64,000 nucleotides of DNA from a virus (taxonomy: Duplodnaviria; Heunggongvirae; Uroviricota; Caudoviricetes), in IMG/VR virus record IMGVR_UViG_3300028379_000400, positions 1-64,000 of that record; one strand, given 5' to 3'. Every line of letters begins with the position of its first letter. The stretch's first letter is position 1. A program made the translations under genes and the position numbers. Of the stretch, positions 37,983 to 47,700 are shown piece by piece. The notes below the pieces were generated by a model that was given only the letters and a program-made list of their open reading frames with translations, did not search any database and was not told where the DNA came from.

Positions 37983-38512
37983 TGACTCGAGAGCCTCTAC
38001 CGCACCGCCGCTATGGCGAGAGCTTTGATATCCAGCACCTCGGTATTCGCTACTCGATGCAGATCGGGTGCTATGAAGACGGCCGTGTCGGCGAAGTGTT
38101 TCTCGGCATGGAGAAGGCGGCCGGCACCGCTATGGACGTCAACGCGCGCGACATGGCGGTCGTGATGTCGATGGCAATCCAGCACGGCGTCCCGATCGAA
38201 CGGATGCTGAAGGCGGTGACCAAGGATTCCGAGGGGCGATCCGAGGGGCTAATGGGCCACGTCCTGGAGTTGATTGCAGCTTGGAAGCCAGTTAGAGGCG
38301 GCTGGGGCCAGACCGCTCTGGCGAAGGTAGCCGATGTGGAGCTGCTCACCTCCACGGCGCCGGCGCCCGGCGCGGCGCCAATCAACAAGGAGAACGCCAA
38401 GGTGTTTGGGTTTACGGGTGACGAATGCACCCAATGCCACAGCTTCCAGATGGTGCGGAATGGCACCTGCCTGAAGTGCGAGAACTGCGGCAGCACCACG
38501 GGCTGTTCGTGA
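37982..38512 (+). CDS. standalone class II ribonucleotide reductase C-terminal homologue (TSCPD-like + Cys4 zinc ribbon)
   Basis: EVFLGMEKAAGTAMDVNARDMAVVMSMAIQHGVPIERMLKAV resembles NrdJ C-terminal segment; ending CTQC...CLKCENCGSTTGC. Confidence 0.5.
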   Translation: MTREPLPHRRYGESFDIQHLGIRYSMQIGCYEDGRVGEVFLGMEKAAGTAMDVNARDMAVVMSMAIQHGVPIERMLKAVTKDSEGRSEGLMGHVLELIAAWKPVRGGWGQTALAKVADVELLTSTAPAPGAAPINKENAKVFGFTGDECTQCHSFQMVRNGTCLKCENCGSTTGCS

Positions 38513-39072
38513 TGCGCGATCTCTTCGGCGAGTCCGACCGCCACGAGGCAGGCGGCAAGGTCAAGACCCGCTTGCTGCCCGGCGTCAAGGGAGACGCCAA
38601 GTTTGCTGGGAAACGGGATGAATACCGACCCGTTTTAAGGCGATGGCGCGGCGAAAAATTCCCTGATGAATATGCAGTTTTCATCGGGATGAACCCGTCA
38701 ACGGCCGAGGCCGCCATCAACGATCCGACGATCACCCGGGAATGGTCATTCACGGAGCGAGAGGGGCTCGCCGGCTACGTCAAATGCAACGTCGCCGACT
38801 ATCGCGCCACCTATCCGTCCGATCTACTCGCGCCGGGCCTGGTATTGCGTTCCGAGGAGAACTTGAAGACAATCTTGGCGCTCGCCGAGGGTGCCAAACT
38901 AGTTGTCGCCTGCTGGGGTTCGGTCAACAAGGCGTTGCGGCCGCTGGCCGATGAAACCGCGGCCGCTCTCCGCGACGCCGGCGTTCAGCTCAAATGCTTC
39001 GGCCTGACAGCTAACGGCTCGCCCAAGCATCCCGTCAGGCTGGCCGGTGTGACGCCGCTCATTTCGTTCTAG
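38512..39072 (+). CDS. DUF1643 family protein
   Basis: FIGMNPSTAEAAINDPTI, CNVADYRATYPSDL, WGS...GSPKHP pattern. Confidence 0.55.
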   Translation: MRDLFGESDRHEAGGKVKTRLLPGVKGDAKFAGKRDEYRPVLRRWRGEKFPDEYAVFIGMNPSTAEAAINDPTITREWSFTEREGLAGYVKCNVADYRATYPSDLLAPGLVLRSEENLKTILALAEGAKLVVACWGSVNKALRPLADETAAALRDAGVQLKCFGLTANGSPKHPVRLAGVTPLISF

Positions 39073-39671
39073 TCCGCGCTCCGCTCCGGCCGCCTCGATG
39101 TCGTCACCGCCTCGGTGACCTCCTGCGCCAGATCGACGTTCTCGACCGACTTGGCGAACAGGGCGAGCACTATACGAACAGGGTGAGGGACGTCCTCGAC
39201 TCCGTCGATCCATTTCAGCACCCGATCTTGGCTAGTCCCGTAGAGATACGCGAAGAAGGTAGGCGTGATGCCGGCGGCGCTGAGCGCCATCGCGAACTCC
39301 GGACCGGTCATCTTCTGGTAGCGTTCCGGCGCGCGTTTGTTGGCGCCAGCCTTTATGCGGGGACCGTTGAGCGCCGAGATCATGGCCCGGCCGGCGTGGT
39401 ATTCCGCCAGCTCTTCGGTCTCGAATACCGACGGAGAACCGTCCCGCTTCGTCAGGGTTTGCGGCACCATACCTGGCGCCGAGAAGACGGCAACAAAACT
39501 GCCACGCCCATCAGGCATCGCTTTGGCGATGAAGACGTTCGACGGGAACCGCTCCGGCATAAAAACCTCGGTATAGGGACGAAAGCGGTTATCGTCGGCG
39601 AGCAGGGCCTCGGTCAAGCGGTAGCTCCTTTCAGTTGGAAATACGGGATTAGGCGTGGCCGCGCAGAACAC
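39069..39671 (-). CDS. hypothetical protein, possible HTH; convergent with rightward operon
   Basis: GTG start per track; alternative ATG at 39560 with GAGG RBS. Confidence 0.35.
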   Translation of the reverse strand: MFCAATPNPVFPTERSYRLTEALLADDNRFRPYTEVFMPERFPSNVFIAKAMPDGRGSFVAVFSAPGMVPQTLTKRDGSPSVFETEELAEYHAGRAMISALNGPRIKAGANKRAPERYQKMTGPEFAMALSAAGITPTFFAYLYGTSQDRVLKWIDGVEDVPHPVRIVLALFAKSVENVDLAQEVTEAVTTSRRPERSAD

Positions 39672-40119
39672 GGCGCGTCAGCGGCGATCGGCCGTGGCGG
39701 CCATGCAGGATCTTGGCGTCGGCACGCGCGGCGGCGAACAGATCGCGGCCTCGAGCCTTGTGCTTGGCGAGCGCTTCGCCGTGAAATGCCTCATCGGGCT
39801 CCATTTCGGCGATGATGACGCGAAGCATTCTGGCTTCCTGTGAGGTCAGTAGGCCGAACTCGGTGGTGATCTTGAGCTTAATGAAGGCAGTCTTCAGCTC
39901 GTCGAGGCCGAGGCCGCGCATGTAGCCGGCCGACGCGAAGTCGCGGAAGCCCTCCAGATATTCGGCGCGGAAGTAAACCTCCATCGCCGCGCCATGCGCC
40001 GGATCAGGGTGGCCCTGTTCCTTCAGCCTGTTGTGGATGGCGCCGAGGGCGAGTCCTTCGCGAATGTGCCAGTAAATCTCGGCGATCTTGTCGCGCAACC
40101 TCACAGCGTTTTCCTCCAC
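39649..40119 (-). CDS. hypothetical protein (156 aa)
   Basis: ORF. Confidence 0.4.
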   Translation of the reverse strand: MEENAVRLRDKIAEIYWHIREGLALGAIHNRLKEQGHPDPAHGAAMEVYFRAEYLEGFRDFASAGYMRGLGLDELKTAFIKLKITTEFGLLTSQEARMLRVIIAEMEPDEAFHGEALAKHKARGRDLFAAARADAKILHGRHGRSPLTRRVLRGHA

Positions 40120-40985
40120 GGGAATCCGTTCGGGATGCCAGCCTTCCGCAGCTCAGCCTTGCCGAGGCCGGTTGCTTTCCAGTGATCGGGGCCGACCTGA
40201 GTGATCCATCCGCGCTCCTCCAAGATTGTGCCAAGCGCGGCGAACCTCGGGTGGGCGGCCGGGAGGACTGAGCCGGTCGATTGCACGCCCCCGAGATCGA
40301 TGCCGGCGAGCAGCGACATCAAGTCATCGTGCTGCGCAGTCGCAGTGCTGTTGACGAGGGCAATGAAGTCCGCCATTTCGTCCCGCCGTTTGCCCGGCAT
40401 GGTCGACGCGATCTGGCTGCCGTCCGAAGCAAGCACGATGCCATCGGCGTCCATCGTCAAGGGCAGCATGTCATAGGTGACACGCGCCTCCGGTTGGGCG
40501 ATCGCCTCGTCTTCCAGTGCCGAAAGTGCATCGTTCGGGTCGGTCCAGGTAATTAGCTCCTGAATCCGGCAGGCGAGAAGCCATGCGCGCGCTGTTCGCT
40601 CAAGAACCTTATGCGCTTCCATCGCGCCGCCGATAAAGAAGGTGCCGGGCGGCACATTGTCTGGCGGAGGGCCGTCCTCGCTCACCACCGGGGCGTACAT
40701 CTTGAAATCGTCCGGCGCGATAAAGCCGGTCAACTCGGTGAGCAGCGCCTTGGCAAGATCGTTGGTCTGATTGACGATCTCGAGGTCGGTGCGGGGACGA
40801 TAGCTGTTCAGCGCGTTCTGAACGAGCGGCGCGAAGCTGTAGTGGCCGTCGCAGATCGGCTCGTTGGCCTCGGTGATCGGGCAGAGGGCGATGACGGCAT
40901 CGGTTTCGCTGTCAACGATGATATGCATGCCGGGGTGTTTCGCCATAGCGCGTTTGGTGGTGTCCACCAGGTAGCGGTAGTTCAT
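40101..40985 (-). CDS. hypothetical protein (294 aa)
   Basis: preceded by conserved hairpin + GGAGTCCGG leader. Confidence 0.45.
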   Translation of the reverse strand: MNYRYLVDTTKRAMAKHPGMHIIVDSETDAVIALCPITEANEPICDGHYSFAPLVQNALNSYRPRTDLEIVNQTNDLAKALLTELTGFIAPDDFKMYAPVVSEDGPPPDNVPPGTFFIGGAMEAHKVLERTARAWLLACRIQELITWTDPNDALSALEDEAIAQPEARVTYDMLPLTMDADGIVLASDGSQIASTMPGKRRDEMADFIALVNSTATAQHDDLMSLLAGIDLGGVQSTGSVLPAAHPRFAALGTILEERGWITQVGPDHWKATGLGKAELRKAGIPNGFPWRKTL

Positions 40986-40993
40986 CCGGACTC

Positions 40994-41419
40994 CTATTCT
41001 CGCCCACGTTCGGGCAGGTTGTGAATGACATGGGCGGCGCCGTATGCCGCCAGTCCAGCCATGCCTAAGAGCATTGCGTCGGTCATGTCTGGCACGTAGT
41101 CGCGGCGATATCCGTCGCTCCTGGGTGCATTGGCGCGATATCCCGCCATGGCCTTGGCCCTGGCTCTCGCCTGGGCGAATGTCGAGGCAGTGCCGCTGAT
41201 CCGGTCGCCACTGCGGTAGCCGCTACCGTTGAAAGCCCACCAGCGATAGCTGTGACGGGAAAGCCGATGGACACCACCCCACGCCGCCACGCGCTTGTCC
41301 GGCCGGTGCGATAGGCGCCAGCTATATCGTGCGGGCCTGTCCGGTTGACCAGCGACGAACTCGACAGCGGTGCCAACCGACAGGAATGGCGCGGTGAGCG
41401 CTCTTTTGCTCCTCGGCAT
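40994..41419 (-). CDS. basic hypothetical protein with C-terminal hydrophobic helix
   Basis: ORF from MPRSKRALTAP; 3' end overlaps a leader-motif hairpin. Confidence 0.3.
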   Translation of the reverse strand: MPRSKRALTAPFLSVGTAVEFVAGQPDRPARYSWRLSHRPDKRVAAWGGVHRLSRHSYRWWAFNGSGYRSGDRISGTASTFAQARARAKAMAGYRANAPRSDGYRRDYVPDMTDAMLLGMAGLAAYGAAHVIHNLPERGRE

Positions 41420-41736
41420 CAGCGCTTGCTCCGTTCCCGGACGATGTCGGCGACCATGCGAGCGTGCCGGCGAGCGCGAGCCCATGGCGAGGTGTAGATT
41501 TTGAACCAAATCCAGAACCCGACGCCGATCGCGATACCGAAGACCAAGCACCAGAAGAAGAAGGTGACGATCAGCATCAAGGGCCACGCTAGAACCCAGG
41601 CGTAGAGCCACGCGCTATCCCAGTGGAAGACGGCGCCGGTGCCCCCGAGGATGGCGTAGAAGAGCGAGCCAAGGCCAAGGTAGAAGGCCAGCCAGGTGAG
41701 GCCGACGCGGCGCACCACGATCTTGCCCTCAACCAT
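41419..41736 (-). CDS. polytopic small membrane protein
   Basis: three hydrophobic segments. Confidence 0.45.
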   Translation of the reverse strand: MVEGKIVVRRVGLTWLAFYLGLGSLFYAILGGTGAVFHWDSAWLYAWVLAWPLMLIVTFFFWCLVFGIAIGVGFWIWFKIYTSPWARARRHARMVADIVRERSKR

Positions 41737-42061
41737 GCTCGGACTCCTTCATGAGCTTCTCGACCAAGGCTTCGAGATCGGCGACCTTGAGGCTCAGCGC
41801 GAAGATGCGGTCGCGAGCAGCGCAGACGACGGCCTCGTGGGCGCTGTCGATGCGCATCAGCATGCGAACCTGGTTGCCGAGATCGAAATCGTTCTGCTCA
41901 TTGAAGATCGACGGCGCGCGAGCGGCAGTATCGCGGACATCGGTCATCCGCTTCTGGACCTCCGGCGCCGACATATCGGTCGGCCCGCAGGTTTCGGTGT
42001 AGACCATGCCCATACGGGCGAGCAGAGCTTTGTGGGCTGCCAGTTCGGCGGCGTTCATCAT
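41729..42061 (-). CDS. hypothetical protein (110 aa)
   Basis: preceded by leader motif GAGCAACTGTGCTC...GGAGTCCCTGATG. Confidence 0.45.
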   Translation of the reverse strand: MMNAAELAAHKALLARMGMVYTETCGPTDMSAPEVQKRMTDVRDTAARAPSIFNEQNDFDLGNQVRMLMRIDSAHEAVVCAARDRIFALSLKVADLEALVEKLMKESEHG

Positions 42062-42097
42062 CAGGGACTCCTTGTGGTGAGCACAGTTGCTCGGGGT

Positions 42098-42304
42098 TCA
42101 GTCGTTCGAGGGGACGCGACCAGCGTCGAGTTCAGCCGCTTGTCCAGCATCGCGGCAGTAGAGCCGGCCGTTCTGGATGAAGGCGTGGCAGCTCTTGGCG
42201 AAGTCGGCAGGCGTGAAGCGATCCGATGGCTTCAGCCGGCGCCAATGCCACCAATCGCCATCGACGTTCCAGCCGGCACGCGGCTCTGTGGGTCCGTCGG
42301 CCAT
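42098..42304 (-). CDS. small hypothetical protein
   Basis: MADGPTEP start coupled to upstream stop. Confidence 0.3.
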   Translation of the reverse strand: MADGPTEPRAGWNVDGDWWHWRRLKPSDRFTPADFAKSCHAFIQNGRLYCRDAGQAAELDAGRVPSND

Positions 42305-43278
42305 CAGGCACCGACCACGATGTTCTGGCCGTCGCAGCATTCGCGCCAGGTCGAATAGATCGGGGAGTCGACCGCGCCTTCGCTCTCGTCATCATCGCCG
42401 CCGCCAGCCCATGAGACAGCTTCCTTCCACGATCCGAAGGCCTTGGAGTCGTAGATGACATCGCCGTTGTCGCCGCCGCTCACCCAGCCAGCGGCGCGGG
42501 CGGCGGTTTCGTATTTGTTGACCGGCGCGACGTAGGCTTCGCCACGATACGCGGCGAGCGCTTTGGCGGCGATCTGTCCGGTCTCCCAATAGGCCATGGC
42601 GCCGCCGTTGCTCTCGGCATCCTCGGTGCCATTGTATTCCTCGATCTCTGGCTCTTCGGCCGGGCAGCGCGCGGCGATCTCGCCGAGGGCGCCGACCAGA
42701 ATGTGATCGCCGTCGCTGATGTTCGCGGAGAAGGCCGCAAGGATGGCGTCGAGGTCTTTGATGCCAGCCGTGTAGGCGCAATCAGCAGGAATCTCGTCGT
42801 CATCGGCGTAGATGTGCGTCTCGATTGCCTCGGTCAGCAGATCGCGGCTCGTCCGAAGGACAGCAACGACGCCGGGATGAAGCGGAGCAGGTTTCGGCAT
42901 GGTCTCGGGGTCGTAACTGACGCCGCAGGCTTTGAACGCCGTCTCGATAAGCCTTTGCGCCTCGCCCCACGGCTGGCGCTGCGTGGCTGGCCGCTCGATC
43001 TCACCGTTGGCGCAGCGCATGACTGCCCGGAGCGCATCGAGGCAAGCGCGAAGCGGGTCGGTTGTGGGGTAGGGGATCAGCGCGCCGATGTAAGCTGCGT
43101 CGCCTTCCCAGGCGCCGGTCAAGCGGGTCGGGCCGGAGGACTCGATATCCGATTTCTGTCCCTCCCAATCGTCATCTTCGAGGGCGAGCTTCAACGCCTC
43201 CTCGGCGGTCGCGGCCTCGTAGGTGCGGTGACGATAGACGGGCAGATCATAGGTAGCTTCGATGGTGAACTTGGGCAT
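42304..43278 (-). CDS. acidic hypothetical protein (324 aa)
   Basis: leader motif upstream; Asp/Glu-rich. Confidence 0.45.
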   Translation of the reverse strand: MPKFTIEATYDLPVYRHRTYEAATAEEALKLALEDDDWEGQKSDIESSGPTRLTGAWEGDAAYIGALIPYPTTDPLRACLDALRAVMRCANGEIERPATQRQPWGEAQRLIETAFKACGVSYDPETMPKPAPLHPGVVAVLRTSRDLLTEAIETHIYADDDEIPADCAYTAGIKDLDAILAAFSANISDGDHILVGALGEIAARCPAEEPEIEEYNGTEDAESNGGAMAYWETGQIAAKALAAYRGEAYVAPVNKYETAARAAGWVSGGDNGDVIYDSKAFGSWKEAVSWAGGGDDDESEGAVDSPIYSTWRECCDGQNIVVGA

Positions 43279-43316
43279 TGGGGACTCCGTTTGCTGCCAC
43301 TATCGGCAAGGGGTTG

Positions 43317-43586
43317 TCAGATGGTGCGGAAGACGTCGGCGAGCAGCTCGTCGATCTCGTCAGCGGTCAATGGATCGTGGAGACCAGAGTCGGTCGCCTG
43401 GTCGCTGCATTCGTCCATGAAGGCGAAGCCCTTGGCGACGATCACGTCACCACGCAGGATGCCCTGCCAGAGCCGCAGAGCGGCAATGGTGGTCGCTTCC
43501 TGCCGGTTGTTCATCGGCAAGGTTTTGCCCAAGGCGGCGCCGAAGAAGCGCGGCGTCAAGCGACCGATATTGGGAAGGCTCGGCAT
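43317..43586 (-). CDS. hypothetical protein (89 aa)
   Basis: GGAGGA RBS. Confidence 0.4.
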   Translation of the reverse strand: MPSLPNIGRLTPRFFGAALGKTLPMNNRQEATTIAALRLWQGILRGDVIVAKGFAFMDECSDQATDSGLHDPLTADEIDELLADVFRTI

Positions 43587-43790
43587 CTATTTGTCCTCCT
43601 TCGGCGATACCGCGCGCAGCAGATCGGCCATGTTCTTGGCGCCCAGCTTGCGCATGATCCGCGCGCGGTGAACCTCGACGGTGCGAGGGGATAGGCCCAG
43701 CAAGCGGGCGGTTTGCTTGTTGGCGTGCCCGGCAAGGATCAGCGCCAGCACCTCGCGCTCGCGCGGAGTCAATTCCTTCTGGCGTGTCAC
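43587..43790 (-). CDS. LuxR/GerE-type HTH regulator (standalone, 67 aa)
   Basis: [45 protein letters not shown]. Confidence 0.65.
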   Translation of the reverse strand: MTRQKELTPREREVLALILAGHANKQTARLLGLSPRTVEVHRARIMRKLGAKNMADLLRAVSPKEDK

Positions 43791-43793
43791 GGC

Positions 43794-44375
43794 TCACGCC
43801 AGCTTGTCGATTTGGGCGAGCAGCTTGTTCGCGGCGTCGATCTGCGGCGGCGCTTCGGCACCTGGCACCCGCATCAATTCCGCCCAAGCGGTCAGATCGC
43901 GAAGGGCAGTCTCAAGCTCTGCGGCAAGCCAGGTTGCGCCCTTATTGTGATCGACAACGGTGCCCGAATAGTCATCGCCATGGCAGTCGTTGTGCTCCAT
44001 TTCGTAGCGGGCAAGGTATTCGGCATGGGCGTGATCCCAAGCGCGTACGGTAGTGCCGAACGTGCCCTGATCGGCCTCGCGGTCGCTCCAGTTGATGACG
44101 AGCGAATGAAGCGAGGTCGGGAGGTCGATGAGCGCAGTCAGGCGGACGATGATAGCATCGGCGCAGTCGTAGACGCGCTTGTTGTCCTCATTGTCGATCC
44201 CGTCATCGCCCATGTTCCGGCCGGCGAAGGCAATCAGGAAGTTTGCCTGCCTAATAGACCTCGGGCTGGCTTTGCCGTGGGCATTGGCCTTCTCGACCAG
44301 GTATTGCAGCAGCTCGACGGTCGGCGATTCTTCGGCATATTCGGACGGCTTGGCGAATGGGAAACCGGTAAGCAT
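43794..44375 (-). CDS. hypothetical protein (193 aa)
   Basis: start MLTGFPF immediately after leader GGAGTCCCAAATG. Confidence 0.45.
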   Translation of the reverse strand: MLTGFPFAKPSEYAEESPTVELLQYLVEKANAHGKASPRSIRQANFLIAFAGRNMGDDGIDNEDNKRVYDCADAIIVRLTALIDLPTSLHSLVINWSDREADQGTFGTTVRAWDHAHAEYLARYEMEHNDCHGDDYSGTVVDHNKGATWLAAELETALRDLTAWAELMRVPGAEAPPQIDAANKLLAQIDKLA

Positions 44376-44418
44376 TTGGGACTCCTCTGTTGCCACAATC
44401 GGCAGGGGTAGGTGGTGT

Positions 44419-44607
44419 TTAGACGGGAAGCGGGTGTCGGCGCTCCCATTCGGCGAAGGCTTCGTCCAGCAAGCGCTTCTCGTTTCTGATGACGAAATCC
44501 GGCATGCCAGCCTCAGTTAGTTCGAGCAGCCGGACTAGGCGGTTCGAGCGGTTGACGATGCGAAGTCGAATGCCAGCGTCAGGCACCTCGGAAAGATCAT
44601 GCGCCAT
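44419..44607 (-). CDS. small hypothetical protein (62 aa)
   Basis: coupled ORF. Confidence 0.35.
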   Translation of the reverse strand: MAHDLSEVPDAGIRLRIVNRSNRLVRLLELTEAGMPDFVIRNEKRLLDEAFAEWERRHPLPV

Positions 44608-45058
44608 CGGCTCGATCCTCGCCGTTGACTAACGCCAATGCCCGCTGGTGCAATTCCGAACCTGCTGCCGCCCGGCGTTCGACAAGGGCGTGCGCAATCA
44701 GATGGTCAGCTAGATTGGTCTCGGAATCCTCGTCGGCAAAGATCACGAGCTGACCATCGCCGCATTCGTTGATGTTCCAGCCTTCGGCAAAGGCAGCGTC
44801 GGCATCGGCAACGGACCAGCCGGGGAAGACTTCGATGCTGGCAGAGACCTTATCGCCATCGGCGACAAGATAGGCCACGTCGACTGGCCCTAATTCGCGG
44901 TGGTCTGACAAGAGGTCATCGACCGAATCCCAGACGACGACACCTGACAGGTGGCCGCCAGATTTGACTTCGAGATATGTCGCAATGTCGGATTTCTCTG
45001 CCTCGGGGAAATTGTCAGTGTCCACGACGAAAGCGGCGACGCACAGTTTCCTGCCCAT
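44597..45058 (-). CDS. acidic hypothetical protein (153 aa)
   Basis: GGAGGG RBS. Confidence 0.4.
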   Translation of the reverse strand: MGRKLCVAAFVVDTDNFPEAEKSDIATYLEVKSGGHLSGVVVWDSVDDLLSDHRELGPVDVAYLVADGDKVSASIEVFPGWSVADADAAFAEGWNINECGDGQLVIFADEDSETNLADHLIAHALVERRAAAGSELHQRALALVNGEDRADGA

Positions 45059-45061
45059 CGA

Positions 45062-45619
45062 TCAGCCCTCCAACTTCATGGCGAGGCAGAGGCCGCCCCA
45101 ATCGTCGGCTCTCCCCTTCCAGATATTGTCGTAACCGTCGCCCGTATCATTTAGGCGGAACTCGCTGGCGGCTTCATCCCAAGCCCAGCCCGCACATTCG
45201 GCAATGGACTGCCAGTTGATTGCTTCGGCGATGGCGTCGCGGGCCTTCTCAACGGAATACCTCTCCCCGAACATGCTGTATGAGCCGGTGGCGGCCAGGT
45301 GAGCATTGGCTTCGGTGTTCTCAAGGTCGGCGATGTCCTTCAGCGCCGCCAGCATGGCAGGCGCGGCGCGGTACGCAGTGGTGTCTGCTGATATCGGCTC
45401 GCCCTCGTGGTCGGGCTCGCTTTCGTCCTCGCAATAGGCGCGGTCGACCTCGGCAGTGGTGAAGCCGACGACGCCGTCGCCATCTTCGTCCACGGGCCAG
45501 CTCGCTTTGTCGCTGTCAGCCTTGGCCCTCTCAAAGGCCTCGGCATAGCTGTCGGCCTCGACGACGATAGTGCCCTTGATCCACGCGATTTGGGCCAGCG
45601 TGACGCTGTAGGTCTTCAT
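45062..45619 (-). CDS. highly acidic hypothetical protein (185 aa), DNA-mimic candidate
   Basis: Asp/Glu-rich composition (DEDGDGVVGFTTAEVDRAYCEDESEPDHEGEP). Confidence 0.45.
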   Translation of the reverse strand: MKTYSVTLAQIAWIKGTIVVEADSYAEAFERAKADSDKASWPVDEDGDGVVGFTTAEVDRAYCEDESEPDHEGEPISADTTAYRAAPAMLAALKDIADLENTEANAHLAATGSYSMFGERYSVEKARDAIAEAINWQSIAECAGWAWDEAASEFRLNDTGDGYDNIWKGRADDWGGLCLAMKLEG

Positions 45620-45622
45620 CGC

Positions 45623-46309
45623 TCAACCCCCCAAGATTTCGGTGACGCGTTTGTCGATCTTGCCGATGGCCTCGTTGACCATCGCGTCGGCGGCCGAACC
45701 GTCAAGCGTCTTGCGCAACTCGGCGCGCCGCGCGGTAAGCGACGCGACCTCGACCTTGTCTGCCTCGTCGCCAGCCTCCATCCACGCCTTGAGGTGGTTG
45801 GCGACAACCTCAGAGACGGAGAGGCCAGGCATGCCTTCGCCGTTGGCGATACCCACGCTGGCCACCAAGGCGCGAATGTCGGCAAGCGGATCGTCATTGG
45901 CCAGCAGCTTGCGGAGCGTCGGCAGGTCGATTGTCGAGTTGTTGCCGTCGCTCGACGCCTCCACGCGACCCGTTGCCGGCGTGTAACCAGCGCTGCCAGG
46001 GCCATAGTCGCCGCCCGATCCCCACCCGAAGTGATATGCGATCTTGTGTTCCTCGCAAACAGCCTCGACCTCGCTGATGTTGCCATAGTTGACCTCTTCC
46101 GCGTTGAAGCTGATGCTGGATGCGACGGCCTCTCCGCCGACCGCCTCTGCGATTGCCGCCTTGATGCCGTCGGCGTCGCCAGCGTGGAAATCCGATCCGG
46201 CGTCCGGCTGCATCCAGCGCCCGGCCATCGCCTCGCAGAACTCTTCAAGAGCCTCCACGGTCTCGATATGGCCGGATAGTACGAAACTGACGTTGGTGCG
46301 GTCACCCAT
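45623..46309 (-). CDS. hypothetical protein (228 aa)
   Basis: divergent leader motif upstream. Confidence 0.45.
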   Translation of the reverse strand: MGDRTNVSFVLSGHIETVEALEEFCEAMAGRWMQPDAGSDFHAGDADGIKAAIAEAVGGEAVASSISFNAEEVNYGNISEVEAVCEEHKIAYHFGWGSGGDYGPGSAGYTPATGRVEASSDGNNSTIDLPTLRKLLANDDPLADIRALVASVGIANGEGMPGLSVSEVVANHLKAWMEAGDEADKVEVASLTARRAELRKTLDGSAADAMVNEAIGKIDKRVTEILGG

Positions 46310-46381
46310 TGGGGTTCTCCTGTATGGTGATTGGGGAAGGGCAGGGCGCTCAGCACCCCGCCAATAGCTCAGGACGGGCGA

Positions 46382-47644
46382 CTAGACCCGCATGGGCATA
46401 AGGACGGCCAGCCAGCCTTCGCGGCCTTCGCCGGTCACGACAGTCGGCGAACCAGCGTCATTGAACAGCATGGTCACTTCGTCGGAACGGGCCTCGGTAA
46501 CCAGGTCGGTGAGATAGCGGGCATTGAAGCCGATCTCGAACGACTCCGGCATTTGCTCGCCCGGGACGATTGCGAGGGGTACGGCCGACGATCCCATGTC
46601 GGGGTTGTTGCAGATCAGCGTGAGCTTGCCGCCCTCGAACGAAAGTTTGACCGCCTTGCCGCCGCGTTCCGATGCCACCAGCCCGGCCGCCTTGATCGCG
46701 GCGAGAGCGTCGGCGGCCTTGAACGTGACCGCCTTGTCATTGTTTTTCGGCGTGACACGCTCGTAATCGGGGAATGTTCCATCGATCATTTTGGACGTGA
46801 CTGTCACGCCATCCCAATGCAGCCGCATGAAGCGCTCGTGGACCTCGATTTCGACGGTCTCCGGCCGCGCCTTGCCCTTCATGAGCTTCACCAGAAGGGC
46901 GACCGTCTTTTTGGGGATGATGATGCCCGGCATGCCGATTGCGCCGTCTGGCGCCGTGATTTCGCTTCTCGCCATGCGATGGCCGTCAGTGGCCGTGCAG
47001 CGAAGCTCCGGCCGGTTGCGACCCGACGGCGTGACGACGTGCATATAGACGCCATTGAGATAGTACCGGGTCTCCTCATTTGAGACCGCGAACTCGACGG
47101 CGTCGAGCGAGTCAAAAAGCTCGATGCCAGAGAGGCTGAAGCGGTGCGTGAACTCGCCGGGCTTCAGTGCCGGGAACCCTTCTGACGGCAGAGCCGCCAT
47201 CTGGTAAGTGGCCGTGGCGAAATCGACATCGACCGCGCCGTCGAACGTGATGATGGTTTCCGTCGCGTCGGGGACGTTCTCGCCCTTCTCGATATCGAAT
47301 TTCCAACGCGTGACGCGTTCCACGGCCTTGGACGGTGGCATGGTGAAGGCGACGTATTCGGCCTTGGGCGCGCCCTTCAGCAATTGCTTCAGCATCAGCG
47401 CTGGCACGGTCACGTCGAACCGCTCATCGGCCGGCGCGGGCACGGCAACGTCGATCACGATATCGAGGTCGGTGCTCGTGACGAAAAGCATGTTGCCGTC
47501 GCCGCGAAGGCGGACGTTGGCAAGAATGGGGTAGGTGTTGCGACGCTCAACGATCTCCTCCGCGATCTCGACGGCGCGAGTCAGGGCGACGCGGTCGGCG
47601 ACGGCGGAAGCAAGGGCAGCGGAAGCAAGGGCAATGGCGGTCAT
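46382..47644 (-). CDS. dnaN: second DNA polymerase III beta sliding-clamp homologue
   Basis: RRNTYPILANVRL, three-domain clamp pattern, C-terminal LMPMR; leader motif upstream. Confidence 0.8.
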   Translation of the reverse strand: MTAIALASAALASAVADRVALTRAVEIAEEIVERRNTYPILANVRLRGDGNMLFVTSTDLDIVIDVAVPAPADERFDVTVPALMLKQLLKGAPKAEYVAFTMPPSKAVERVTRWKFDIEKGENVPDATETIITFDGAVDVDFATATYQMAALPSEGFPALKPGEFTHRFSLSGIELFDSLDAVEFAVSNEETRYYLNGVYMHVVTPSGRNRPELRCTATDGHRMARSEITAPDGAIGMPGIIIPKKTVALLVKLMKGKARPETVEIEVHERFMRLHWDGVTVTSKMIDGTFPDYERVTPKNNDKAVTFKAADALAAIKAAGLVASERGGKAVKLSFEGGKLTLICNNPDMGSSAVPLAIVPGEQMPESFEIGFNARYLTDLVTEARSDEVTMLFNDAGSPTVVTGEGREGWLAVLMPMRV

Positions 47645-47700
47645 ATGGGACTCCTTTGGCGCTCACAATCGAGCAGGGGAAACAGGGAGACGGCAGGCGA

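Noticed and set aside
40994-41611. 205-aa ORF as given in the track
   Set aside because: The upstream 64 codons overlap the membrane-protein gene 41419..41736 in another frame. It was shortened to the MPRSK start (40994..41419) and kept only at low confidence.
45616-46356. 246-aa minus-strand ORF overlapping 45623..46309
   Set aside because: Alternative frame of the same region. The Ser/Arg/Pro-rich product is implausible, and the 228-aa frame has the leader motif and ordinary composition.
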